A stretch of DNA of 60,457 nucleotides, filler included, from Basidioascus undulatus (GCA_000826855.1; 9 parts of 9 records of this genome joined end to end with filler, not necessarily neighbours in it); one strand, 5' to 3'. Positions 25,101-36,920 are shown, counted from the whole stretch's first letter. Numbers and translations are program-made. Notes: a model not told the origin generated them from the letters alone.

Positions 25101-26673
25101 CGATACTCTCCTTGCGCCCGTGCGCGCCCGTGCCTGAGCGAAGCCGGCACATCCACTGCTTTGAAGTCTGCAATACAATCTAAAGTTATTATGTGCTCGA
25201 GTCCAACCCTTAAGACCTGCAGGACTCTACCACCCTCCGGCATAACCTGATCCGTGGGCGGTGTGCAGCTGTCAGAGGCTGAGGCCATCAGTGGCTGCAG
25301 TCATCTCTTTTGTCGCAAACTGCATGTCAATTAGCAGTCTGACTTTCTCACTTTAACAATGGCATCCAGTGCATCAAATCACCATGTCAACACTGAGACA
25401 AGTTGCTCCAATCCTTGAAAACAAGCCCCGATTGGTCTTGTTTCCGGGTTTTTGCCTTGCACTCACCCAGTTATGTCCTTGTGGCAGTTGGCATCAATGC
25501 CAGCTGGCGTGCAGCATTGGTATGCTTCTAACTGTGGCTGGGGAGGCAGGAGGAACTGGTGCCGGCAGTCTGGTCCGCGCATGCATTCAACAGTGTGCTT
25601 GGCCGTTTAACCGCGTGTCAAGCACCCTTTGCGTGGTGCTCATAAAAACCCGGAGCACAAACAGAGGTCTACTGTTGCTTCATGTGGGGTGAAATCAATG
25701 TCCGTCCCCAAGACTGGTTGGCTTCTGCGGTGCCCCTCCTACATGTTCCAACCGTGTTTCAATGACGCTATGTGCACATCTCAACCCTTGGCCTCAGACA
25801 ACGAGTGTGTCTCGTAATTTGAGAGCGTAGCGTGGTGATCTGTAGGACATCTAAAAGAATCCGAACTCTGCGCAGAGTAACAGTCAGTCCACAACGTAGT
25901 CGGTCGGGAACACAACCTCAGCCCCTGAATTGCCAGCCTGGGTGCGTACCTCCCCGCTTCCTACTGGTGCTCTTGTTCTCTCACCATCGCCACATGCATT
26001 GACTGACGCTTCCTTAATGTGTGTACGGGCAGCCAGTGTTTCCCCCGCCGCGATGCCAACGCGACAGTGAGACTGCGAGTGTACTTAAAACACAGCTTAT
26101 GCAAAGCACTAATATCTTGGAAGGTAGGTAATAATAATATAAAATGAAGTCAGTCGGGAAGAAACATCGCAGAAAAATAAAGCGACCAAGGGAGGATGAG
26201 ATCCTCCGCCATGGTTGTCCTTCTTGGATGAGTGAAGAAGCTGTTTGACCAACACTGGCTTCAAAAGCAGGTCCTCTTTAACACTCTCATAGCGGTGATG
26301 CGGATCCAGAAGTACCGGTGCCTGCATCAGCGCCCACAAAAGAATACCCGGCTAAACTGCCCGGGGCAAATTGATAATCACTGTCAAGTCTGTTAGGCAA
26401 AAAAAGAATTGGAAGCCAAGGCTGAAAGGAAGGCGACCAAGGGGAGACAAGAACCCCCGCAACATGCTCGGATTGCCTGGAAACTGCGTTTGTCGATTTT
26501 CTTCGTTTGTCAGGCTTTGCATCTCATCATACAGCGGCGTGCCTTACACTTGGTAGGCAAGCTGCTAGAGGGCCGAGCCGCTTCAGCACGATGCTGATGA
26601 TCACGGCACGGCGCATGAACGCAGACGGCCAGACCGAGCACCGAAGGTATCCCTCACAGCCTCACATCCCGCG

Positions 26674-28430
26674 TCACTCCCTCCCAAAGCTGCCCACCAT
26701 CCTAACGACCTCCTCCTCTCCCACTTTGCCTCTCCACCGCCCCTCCATCCTCCACTCCCCATCCTCCCACTTCAGCCCCTCCCTGACGCCGCACCCCACA
26801 TCCGCGAACCCGAGTTCCTCGCGCGCGCGCGCGCAGTCCCACACGTGCGAGACTGCGCAGTGGTCGAAGAATGTAGGCTGGAGGAGGAGCGCGGCGCGCG
26901 GGAGATAGGAGGGGTAGAGGGTGGGCTGGAGGAGCGGGTGGGGGAGGAGTGCAGGGTGAGGAGGACGTGGAAGCGGAGGTGGAGGTGGAGCGAGAGGAGG
27001 TGCGAGAGGATGTAGAGTGGGAGGAGGGGGAGGGAGAACATCCGGAGCGGGCGGGAGTTGAGTTGGCGAGAGAAGTACTGCTCCAATCCCCGTACGCTCC
27101 GCATCAGTCCTATCCCTGTTCCTCCTCACAGAAAAGATCAAGGCTCAACACGCACGTCCAGCGCCCTATGGCACTCCCCATAAGTCCTCGGATCGCCGCT
27201 TCTGATAGTGTACATCCTCGCCCTGCACCTGGCCCTGCCTTCTGTGGACGCGCGGTCGAGCAGGCGCGCCTCGAGGAGGAGTTCGGCGCGCGCGAGGTCC
27301 TGCAACGTCGTCAGGTCCGTCACTGCATCGAGCCCCATCTGGGCGATCGGCCACCCGCGCTGGGCGAGCAAGCACCGCGAGAAGACGACGTCGCCGAGGG
27401 CGCCGGAGATGCCGCTGCCCGCATCCACCCGCAGTCAGAACAAGGTGCGTGGGAGGACGATAGGAAGTGGGAGAAGGGAGGGAGCGCACCCGGATGGTCG
27501 GATAAACCCAATCACGACCTCCCGCCCGGTGCCGTCCGCGCCCCCCCCGTCTTCGGACACGGCCAACAGCTCGCCCTCTATCTTTGTCCGCGCGTATGCG
27601 CTCCGCGCACAGTCTTTCCGTCACGAGGGGTACGGCGTGTCGTCGAGCGCAGAGAGTATGTAGAGCGGCGCTCTGTGGGGGCAGGTGCGGAGTTGGCGGT
27701 GTGAGCTAAGAAGGGGAAGAAGAAAGGAAAGTAGAAACGCACTTGACAGCCGACCACGGCGTGCTAGTATAAACCACCACCGGCTCCGGCCACTCGCTCG
27801 GCACCATCCTGACCTCCCTCACCACATGTCTCAATCCCTCGACATTGACCGCCCTCGAGCGGGGGAGCATGTACGCCGCGCGCTCGTTGAACGCGATGAG
27901 CACGGCGGTGTGGAAGACGACGAGCTGGGACAGCTGCGGGTCGCGCGTATGTGCGTGTTCGGCGAGGATTCGGGAGAAGGCGGAGGAGACGGAGGAGGGC
28001 GAGGTGAGTGTGGATGTAGGTGGGTGAGGGGACGCCGGGCGGGGGCGAGGGGAAGGACGGGGAGGGAGGGGACAAGTCGAGCAGATATATTGGGGATTCG
28101 CGCCGGAGGAGGAGCAGTCGGGCGATCCTGCTTCCCTCCCGAACCAATCATGAACCCTCTCTCAAGCTCGATCGTCAAAGAGGAAGAGGGACGCACCACG
28201 AACCCAAGAACCCACACCCGCCAACAAGTACATAGACCGCCCCAGTGCGCGAGGGGAGCGTCTCCCCGATCCGCTCAATTCCCTCAGTCGACGTGTTCTC
28301 GAGCTCCTCGTCCGTCCATGTGCGCTTGAACGGGTCGAGGACGGAGGGGTGGAAGTGTAGGCGGCTGTGGAGGCGGTAGAGGGCGAGGGCGAGGGAGGAG
28401 GAGGGGCGGCATGAGGAGGGGGGAGGGCAT
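26674..28430 (-). pseudogene. 3-beta-hydroxysteroid dehydrogenase/ERG26-like extended SDR pseudogene
   Basis: N-terminal hydrophobic anchor, VLVGGCGFLGSW (Rossmann), VVFHTA, VNVEG, VYTS, YARTK (YxxxK), IRP and ARAREELGF. Frameshifts at ~28394, ~28008 and ~26940, and an in-frame TGA at 27621-27623. Confidence 0.82.
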
Positions 28431-28861
28431 CGCGTGGGGGCTGGAGGAGAGCGGAGGGGAGGAGAGGGGGAGGTGGTTAGGGGGGGAGCATGAGCTGCTG
28501 AAGGTGCTGAAGAGGAACAAGGACGAGTGCGGAGCGAGCGAGAAGATCGACGTCGGGCTCGCACACGTCCAGGCCGCCGACGAGCTTGCGGCGATGAGGA
28601 CGATCAGATTATTTCTGCCGAAGGTATAACGCGCCGCAGAACGTCTCACAGAACGTCGCTCGTAGTCAAGCGTTGATGAGCGTGTACGTTGATGAGTGCA
28701 TACTTCAAACGACGTTCACAGTCTTCCTTCCTCGAGGACGCGACGCGTTAGATTGCGATGCCGTCATTGCGACAGTTACCGAGTTTCGTCGTCCTCCTGC
28801 GTCTTCCAATCCCCTTTCCCCTTTCCCCTAGTAGCCCTTCCCATCCGCGCCGCCCATCAAG

Positions 28862-29661
28862 ATGCCCCTCACCGCCCTCCCGCGCTCCAGCATCCCCTCC
28901 CCGCCCCACACCTTCCTCGACGAACAAATCGAATCCGCCTGGGAGCTGATCGCCTCCGTCCCGGATTGGCCGCTCTCCCGCGCGCGCGACCGCAACGGCG
29001 TCGAGGGCCGCTCGCGCCCTCTGCAGGAGGGCGAGCGGGCGCCGACGTGGCATGCTAGAGTGAGCGTGCATGAGGCGGAGGGGGAGGAGGGCGTGGGGTG
29101 GGAGGATTTTTGGAGGGGCTTGGGGGAGAGGCATACGGAGAATGAGGCTATGTGAGTCGCGAGCGCTGGGTGCGCTTTCCGTTGTGCGCTGAGCTGAGGG
29201 GCTTGGACCAGGTACATCAAGGACCTGAGGGACTTCGAGACAGTAGAGACCCTCACCCCCAGCGCGCGCAGTCCGTCTCTCACTTCCCCCCCTTCTCCAC
29301 TCACCCTTCCCCACCCTTAGTAATGCGCATCCACTACGCCTTCCCCTTCCCGTTCTCTCCCCGTGACTTCACGCCCCTCCTCCTCACCTCCCACCTGCCC
29401 CCCTCGGACAACCTCCGCGCCTTCCTCGTCGTCCAGGTCGCAGTGGACCACCTCGCCGCGCCCCCGCGCAAGGGCGTCGTGCGCGGGCTGTACTCGAGCG
29501 TGGAGCGCGTGCGTGAGGTGCGGGGGGAGGATGGGCGCGTGAGATGCGAGTGGACGTGAGTTTCGTTTGGGGAGAGGAGAGGGGAGGGGAGGGGAGACGC
29601 CGACGGCGAAGGCGAGCGGACGAGGGGCGAACAGCATCTTGCAAGAAAAGACTTGAAGGGA
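28862..29661 (+). CDS. DUF3074 (START/Bet v1-like) protein, 3' end off contig
   Basis: WHARVSVH, HTENEAM|YIKDL, YAFPFPFSPRDF and VRGLYSSVERVRE..CEW are characteristic of fungal DUF3074 proteins. Confidence 0.75.
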
Positions 29662-29761
29662 NNNNNNNNNNNNNNNNNNNNNNNNNNNNNNNNNNNNNNN
29701 NNNNNTTAATTAATTAANNNNNNNNNNNNNNNNNNNNNNNNNNNNNNNNNNNNNNNNNNNN
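29662..29761. other. Artificial contig spacer
   Basis: N44-TTAATTAATTAA-N44. Confidence 0.99.
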
Positions 29762-29838
29762 AAGAGCGAAGAGCGAAGAGCGAAGAGCGAAGAGCGAAGA
29801 GCGAAGAGCGAAGAGCGAAGAGCGAAGAGCGAAGAGCG
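29762..29838. repeat. Heptamer tandem repeat (AAGAGCG)x11, intronic, runs off contig end
   Basis: Eleven perfect units, then degenerate AAGAAGG/AAGAGGG. Lies in a CUE3 intron. Confidence 0.95.
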
Positions 29839-29911
29839 AAGAAGGAAGAGCGAAGAAGGAAGAGGGAAGAGGTGAAGAAGGAAGTGGCTGGGAAGAGGAG
29901 AGAAAACGCAC

Positions 29912-31662
29912 CTGTCCGCGCCCGCAGATCCGCGCGGCCCTTACTCCGCCTCGTCGCCGAGTCCCTCGCAAACGCGTCCGGATCATCCAAATAAAGCGTC
30001 GACAGAAGCTGTTCAATCTGTGTCGTCGAAGGCTGGTCAATCCACCCCCACACCGTATCAGCACCCGTCCCCCTCCTTCCCCCAACCCCACCACCTCACA
30101 AACAAACTCACTGTCCCCCCTTCCTTATCGCCCTTCTCCTCATCTTCGCTCAGCTCCTCCCCATCCGCCCCGCCCACGCGCACGCGCTCCGCATCCTCCT
30201 CCAGCTCCTGGTCCTCGAACCCGAGCACGCGCGGACGCGCTGCGTTTTCCTCGTCGGAGGAAGACTCGAGCGCGGCTTCTTCGGCGCGCCTGAGAATGTC
30301 TTGCTTGAGGGAGGAGGCGAGGGAGGAGGGGTCGAGGAGGGAGGCGGTTTGTCTTGAGAAGTAATGGAGAGTTAGTTGGGGGGCGAACAGAGGATGAAGA
30401 AGACGGAGAGGCGAGAGATGGACGTACTGCGCCTTCCCAACCCTCAGCTTCGAAAAGTCCATCGTATCATCAAACACGTTCCTCCTCGTCTCCTTGAGCG
30501 TCGGTTTCGGTGGGGGCGGCGGCGAAGCCGGCCGCGCATCGCCATCGCGCAGCGCCTTTAGCTCAGCAGGGAGGGAGTCGTCAAACAGCGCGCTGACGAG
30601 GCTCTCTGCGTTGCCCGCGAAGGCCGGGTGGGCGAGCGCAGCGCGGAGGAAGGTCGTGGGGAGGTCGGGGAAGATGTCTGTGATCTGGGCGAGGGCCGGG
30701 TCTACTGCGGGGGGCTCCGGGGACGGGGTCGAGGCAGGGAGGAGCTCCAAAGCCGACTCCACGTCCGACTCATCCCCTTCGAGGAGCTCGAGGCTCCCCG
30801 CGAGGTATGCGGCACGGGCGTCAGCGCTCTCGAGCGTGCCCACGCGCGCGCTGAGATGGAGCGCCGTCTCGGCGTCGACGACGAGCGGGGCGTCTGCGAA
30901 GGGCGTCGAGTCGTCGTCGGCGGAGGACGCGTCGCTCACTAGCGCAAAGAGGACGTCGCATGTGTCCTGTGCGGAGAGGTGCGGGAGGAGCGCGTCGAAG
31001 GACTCGAGGAGCGCGAGCTTGGTGCGCAGGGAGGTGAGCGTTTCGGGCGGGGGATTGGAGGATGGGTGTGTGGGCGGGAGGCGGGCGTAGATGGATGAGA
31101 GGGCGTGGAGAGTCGCGGGGGAGGCGAGGTGCGCTGGGAGGGGGGAGGAGGGCACGAGGAGGGAGGAGAGGATCGAGGAGGCTCGGTGGATGGGGGCGAT
31201 GTCCGACTTGGACGGCGAGGGTAGTGACGACAGCGCCGTGAGCAGCGCGGGTACGACGACGCCCTTGAGCGCATCCAGCACGCCCGGATCCCTCTCCATC
31301 TCTCTCTGCACCATCGCCCCTACCTCCTTCCGATTCTCCCGCCCAAAGCACACGCACGCATCCACCACGCCCTGCACGCCCAGTCCCTCTTTGCCATCTT
31401 TCCCCAGCGCGTGCACAAGCTCCCACACCGCCGCGCGCAGCTGCTTTCCCCCTTCCGTGCGCTCGGGGCGCTTGGAGGAGGGGGAAGCGAGGATGTGCCG
31501 CGCGTAGGAGGCGAGGAGGCGGACGGCGGAGGAGCGCTCGGGCGGCGCGGGGCCGGCCAGGGCGGCGCGGATGTGTGAGGAGAGCGTGCTCAGGAGCGAG
31601 GAGATCTGCGCGGAGGGCAGGGTGGATAGCGCGCTGGGGAGGGCGGGGAGCGTGAGCGCCAT
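29912..31662 (-). CDS. CUE3: CUE-domain ubiquitin-binding protein Cue3/Rqt3/ASCC2, 3' end off contig
   Basis: Long ORF with CUE motif AQITDIFPDLPTTFLRAAL..ESLVSALFDDSLP, then RRNVFDD, LKQDILRRAE and YLDDPDAFARDSATRRSKGRADLRARTG. Confidence 0.8.
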
Positions 31663-31984
31663 GGCCGACGGAGAGCACACAGGGCGATATGATGGCGAGA
31701 GGGCAAGGCAAGAGGGAAGACCAGAACTCGAGCGATGAGCCGGCTGCCGTCATCGGATCCGGCTTTCGCAGTCGCAGTGGCGGAAACTGTGCTTTCACGC
31801 CAACAGGCTTTCAAGCTCAACCGACGTTATGAAATATTCGAGAATTACTCTCCGATAAGATCGCAAGACGGATAGGTCACCTTTCCCTTCCACAGACAGG
31901 CAGTCGCAGATCTTCAGACACCGAATGTTTTCGATTTTTCATTGAGACTGCCTTGTCCCAGCATTGTCACAACCGCCCCCTTGT

Positions 31985-33122
31985 TTATGAATCTTTAGCC
32001 AAAAGAAGTTCGATACCCTTGAGCTTCAGGAACACCTCGCAGCGCTTGAACCAGAGCTCGAAGCGGGTCCGCATTTCCGGCAGAATCGCTGTACGGAACA
32101 ACGCAAGCACGGACAAACGAGGGGGTCGATCGAGTGCAATGCTATTGAAAAACTCCTCAAGCATTGGAATCTCGGATTCTCCATAACGAGTTGAAGTTTG
32201 ACAAGCACAGGGTGTGCGAAGTTGAACAGTGGACCGTCGTGGAACACAGTCCAGTAGCCGAGGATGAGGATTCTGATATTGGGGCAGGCTGCTATCGCAT
32301 CAGCGGTAACCAAATTGTCCTCCTCCGATAGAAGAGCAAGGCGACGAAGGTTTGCTCCGAGGTGCTTCAAAAATTTTATCGCAGAGAGCCGCTGGGTTAA
32401 AACGGCCGAAATATGAAGCCCGACTAAGGAGGGGAGCTTAGCGTGGCACAAAACTTCGTGCACGACAGACCAAGCAACGGCGTCTATGGTGGCCCAGGTC
32501 AGGTTCTGCAGGCAGGGCAAGGAAAGCGTGTCGAAGTCGGTGGTGGCAAGCTCGCTAGTCGTCGCTACTCCGAGGCGGGTCAAGCGCCCGAAGGCATTCA
32601 GAAACGGCACGACCTTTGACAGTGGCTCCGAAAAGTAGACCCCATCAATATGGGTGAGCGACCCCTGGAATGGGAAAGCAGGACGCGTGATTGAACCGCC
32701 CACCGGCACCGAGTCTTCATCGGGACCGAACATCGACAGGACGAGGAGGTCCAACTCAGGCGTCAAGTCAAGCGTTTCGAAAAGCGTATCGGGCAGATTG
32801 GCAGCCTCTCCGACGAACACTTGAATGGACCGTATCTTGGGAGAGGGAGAAGGCGCGAGGCGCAGCAATTGTGTCAGCTTCGAGCAGGTCGCTGTGGAGC
32901 GCAGTACGATCGAGTGGTAGAGCAGCGGCAGAGCGACAGGCTGAAAATGGACACCATCAGCCTTCGGGTACTTAATTATCCCCGCAGATTGGAGTAACTT
33001 GCAGTACAGTTCTTGCAAACCAGCAGGTAATGGAGCTTGTCGTCGGCTGGGGCGCCGGCAGTGGCGAACTCGAGGATGCGGGAGAGCAGCTCGATGGGGA
33101 CCGTGGTGATAGGGCCAGCCAT
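31985..33122 (-). pseudogene. F-box/LRR-like gene with apparent late frameshift
   Basis: MAGPITTVPIELLSRILEFA..LLVCKNCT|PVALPLLYHSIVL (F-box-like; GC-AG intron 32941-33002) followed by LRR-like repeats. A more family-typical C-terminus (LEEFFNS..CEVFLKLKGIELL*) lies in another frame after ~32182. Confidence 0.6.
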
Positions 33123-33628
33123 AGTGAGCACTACAGGCGCTTTTGGAATGAGCTTTGTAGGACTAGAATGTATATGTCCGGGGAAAGAGTCCGAGCGTTT
33201 ATCGTTGCTGTGGATGGTGTTAGTCGAAGGTAAGAGTTCCGAGCGGGGCCGCAAAGCCGCTGAGTCTTCGGAGGCCCCGCGACCATATCTGCACGCCCCA
33301 GCCGGCCTGCAGCTTGATGCCTGAACGGTTCTGTAAACTTTTCAAATATAAATGCATAGAAAAGCAACGCAATAGATGTTTAGTGTACGAACTTTCCGAG
33401 TGCATCGTCTTCACAGTCAGCCGAATAATTTGCTACATCGCGCGAAACGGCTACCTGGCCGACTGGCAGTCTCACAGATCTTGATGCCAAGAATGGGTAA
33501 GAAATTAAACGTTGAAAGGTCGTGATACAGAGTGGTAATATCATGATGAGCGCAATGAACCCGGTCCAAGAAAGGAGAGCTGCGCCAGCCCCTCCTCCTA
33601 CTGTAAGTATTGTCTTCACGCTTCCAAA

Positions 33629-33996
33629 CTACGCCAGCTGCTCAAGCACCTTCTGCACGAGAAGGGCGAGGAAAGTCCCCGCGAGTGTCGGTATCGCCCA
33701 CTGCTTGATCTTCTCTTTCCCGTCCAGGGTGACAACCTGCCCGGAGAGGAGCTTCTTCTCGCGGGCGGCGTTCTCCTCGTCCGAGCGGATACTGCCATGG
33801 GAAAGGGGTCAGCATTCAGCCCTAAAGAACATAAAAGGGACGTCGGAAGGGAGAGGCACTAGTGACGCTGGAAAAGGTCCTGTTGGATACAGAGAATCTT
33901 GTTGACTGCGCGGATGGCAGCGTGCTTATTATCGACCGGAAGTACATCCGCGGGGAGGGGCAGGAGGGTGCATATCGTGAGACAATGCAGGCCGCC
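33629..33996 (-). CDS. Protoglobin-domain protein, last two exons with C-terminal hydrophobic tail; 5' side abuts a tRNA-Tyr
   Basis: LPADVLPVDNKHAAIRAVNKILCIQQDLFQRHY|IRSD resembles the fungal protoglobin C-terminal helix (A.NK.LWIQNDLF.RHY). Intron 33792-33859; tail WAIPTLAGTFLALLVQKVLEQLA*. Confidence 0.65.
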
Positions 33997-34068
33997 TGAA
34001 CAGAGCAAGGATCGAACTTGCGACGGCAATGCCAGCTGATTTACAGTCAACCACCTTAACCACTCGGT
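33997..34068 (-). tRNA. trnY: tRNA-Tyr(GUA), organellar/bacterial class II type, 5' ~9 nt cut by contig end (probable NUMT)
   Basis: Minus strand ACCGAGTGGTTAAGGT-G-GTTGA-CTGTAAA-TCAGC-TGGCATTGCCGTC-GCAAG-TTCGATC-CTTGC-TCTGTTC-A. It shows a D arm, an anticodon stem with GTA at 34044-34042, a long variable arm, a perfect T stem, C72/A73, no intron and no encoded CCA. Confidence 0.9.
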
Positions 34069-34168
34069 NNNNNNNNNNNNNNNNNNNNNNNNNNNNNNNN
34101 NNNNNNNNNNNNTTAATTAATTAANNNNNNNNNNNNNNNNNNNNNNNNNNNNNNNNNNNNNNNNNNNN
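34069..34168. other. Artificial contig spacer
   Basis: N44-TTAATTAATTAA-N44. Confidence 0.99.
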
Positions 34169-36165
34169 GCGGCGCCGTCGCGCTCCCCTCCTCCTCCGGC
34201 TCCCGCACCCCGCCCCAGCTCGTCATCCGCGCGCGCACGACCTACCGCGCCCAATCCCCGCAGGAGCTCTCCTACAACGCGGGGGACTTCTTCTACGTCG
34301 CCGACCCCGGCAGGGGCGGCGCAGACTTCTATGACGCGCACGACCCGCTCAGGGGCAGCCGCGGGCTCGTGAGGAGGGCGGACTTTCAGGAGCTCCAGAA
34401 GGGCGGCATCGGGGGAAGGTGAGTCTAGTGTCCTTTTGGGATAGTGGACTGTGGAGATGGGGATGCTGGGAGGTTTGTTATGGGGAGAAGGAAGGGGAAT
34501 AGGAGGAAGACGAGCGGACCGCTCTCATGTCTGTGCGAGGAGACCCGAACTTCTGCGCTTTGTTCCCCAGGCGGGCCTCTTCATTTCGGCCTTCCATTCA
34601 AAACCGCATCCTCATTGATCCCTGCCCGTGCTGACGCTCTTCCCTCCCTTCCTTTCGCCTCCCCTCCCCCGACCACCAGCCGAGCGTCCGCCGTGCCGAT
34701 GGGCGGCCCCCTTGCATCCACCTCCTCGCACTCCTCGACGCCCTCCACCTCGCACCCTAACGGCCCCTCGCACTCCCACACGCTCTCTCAACAATCCAGC
34801 ATGTCCTCCGCCGGCGGCCCCAAAACGAAGCCGCCCACCCTGTACGCGATCGTGCAGTACGACTTCCAGGCGGAGCGACCGGACGAGCTCTCGGCGCAGG
34901 CGGGCGAGCCGATCATCGTCATCGCGCAGTCGAACCACGAGTGGTTCGTCGCGAAGCCGATCACGCGTCTTGGCGGACCAGGCTTGATCCCAGTCTCGTT
35001 CGTCGAGATCCGCGACCAGCGCACGAACGAGCCTGTCGGCGTGGACGCGGTCCTCCAGCAAGGGCGCGTCCCGCGCGTGGAGGAGTGGAAGAAGCAGGCG
35101 GCGGATTACAAGAAGGCGAGCATCCCGTTGGGGAGGTTCGAGTTCGACAGCGGGCCCTCCCCCTCCCAACAACAGCAGCAGCTCGACAACTACCCGTACG
35201 AGCAGCAAAACGGGTACCACCCCGCACAGGGCCTCCCCACCCCGCCCGCGACCTCCCGCGAGTCTTCGGGCTCCTACCCGCCCCAGCTGCCCGGCGCGCG
35301 CGACGACCAGCCTGCGGTTGTCACCTCCGCCAGCGTCGTCTCGTTCCACCAAGAACAGGGCGAGTACTGGTTCCGCCTCCATGCCGAGCTCGTCCTCGAC
35401 CCGCCCTCGCCCGACGAGACCCAGACCCTCTCTAAACACCTCATCCTCTTCCGACTTTACGAAGACTTTTACGATTTCGTGAGTCCCCTCTCCACTTCCT
35501 CCCCTCTACCCCGTCTTCCCCGCACCCTGCTCATTCCCCACCACGCATCCAGCAAATCCGCCTCCTCGACGCGTTCCCCGTCGAAGCGGGTCGGGCAACC
35601 GAGCCTGGCCAAGCCGCGCCCGAGCGCATCCTGCCGTACATGCCCGGGCCGATCAAGCCCGAGGACGTCGACGACTTTGTGACGTCCACGCGCCGCGACG
35701 AGCTCGACAAGTACATTCACGAGCTCGTCGCCCTCCCCGAGTACATCATCCGCCACTCACTCGTCAGAGACTTCTTCGCTATCGTACGTTCCTCTTCCCA
35801 GTTTTCCGTGTCCGGGTCGTTAGTTGGGTGGGTGGCTGATGAGGGTGTTGGGTGTGTGGATGTGGTTCCAGAGAGCGGGCGACACCGAGACTGTCCGACG
35901 AACGCGCACGACCAGCGGCGCGACGAGCCAGTCTCGCGGGGCAGCAGCGCACCACTCGCGCACGCCCTCAGGGTACTCCATCTCGTCCTCCTCCCGCCGC
36001 CCGCCGTCGTCCGCCGCCCGCGTCTCCTCCGCGGGCGGGGCGGCAGGCGCGCCCGGCACGCTCGCGGGGCTGTGGGAGGCGGAAGCGGGCGTGGAGCGCC
36101 TGTCGCTCGGCGCGGAGGACCGGGAGGCGGAGGAGGATGGGTATGGGGATGATAGAGCTGGATAA
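34169..36165 (+). CDS. BEM1: Bem1/Scd2-like polarity scaffold (SH3-SH3-PX; no PB1 seen), 5' end off contig
   Basis: VIRARTTYRAQSPQELSYNAGDFFYV (SH3-1), LYAIVQYDFQAERPDELSAQAGEPIIVIAQSNHEWFVAKPITRLGGPGLIPVSFVEI (SH3-2), VPRVEEWK, and PX LFRLYEDFYDF|QIRLLDAFP.EAG..RILPYMPGP. Stop at 36165. Confidence 0.85.
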
Positions 36166-36284
36166 GCACTGTATGTGAGGAAAGACAATAGATTATGTTT
36201 GAGACATTGTGTTTATGCGTCCGTTGTTTGTGTGCTGCGTTTGTCTTTCGAGAAGTCGCGACAGGCACATATGACCTTCCAGGG

Positions 36285-36920
36285 TCACTCCAGAATCACA
36301 AAATCACACCCGAAAGCCTTGAGCAGTTCGTTAGATCGTTTCGCGTTGCAATTTTCAAGCTGGGGCGTTCCGCGGGTGCCCCTGACCCGACCCACCGGTG
36401 CATTCCGAAGAACCGGCACTCGCTGGGATACATATTCGGACTTGATAGGACCATATTCCAGTCTCCTGGAAGGGATAGAAGACAAAGGAAGACCTGAATT
36501 CACGGGCTGCACCGTGTGGTATTGGAAGGAGCTAAATTGGACATGGCGGGCAGCTGGGAAACAGCTGAAGGGGACGCAGCCTTGTCTTCTGTCCGGTATG
36601 CAATTGGTCCTCTCTAGACCCAGTTTCCACACTCCCTGATGTAGAGCCACCTCACCTGAGCCGAGAGGGAGAGCAGACAAGCAGACCTCTCGGCCGGAGA
36701 ATGCTTCTTCGTTCACTTTTCAACTTGGGTGTGGATCGACATCGATGGTGTGCTGGGGGTAGAACGAGGACCAGCGGATGACGACTTGGATTCTTTAATT
36801 TTATGGTAACGTGCAGAAAGACGCTGGGTAGGAGGGGTCGTTCTGAGGCGCAGCAGGTCCTGTTGAGCGAGGCTGCTGCTGTTGTCGCAGGGTGCTCGTG
36901 ATGAACGCCCGCAGGCTACT
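36285..36920 (-). pseudogene. Probable decayed F-box/LRR-like gene
   Basis: SLNRTCCASERPLLPSVFLHVTI resembles the F-box-distal LxxTCxxxRxxxLPxxFxxVxI pattern. A downstream frame has CFPAARHVQF, LSSIPS..LEY and ends NELLKAFGCDFVILE*. The frames do not join cleanly. Confidence 0.35.

Noticed and set aside
29762..29838. (AAGAGCG)n as a CRISPR array or telomere
   Set aside because: No spacers and no cas genes; not a TTAGGG-like unit; it lies inside an intron.
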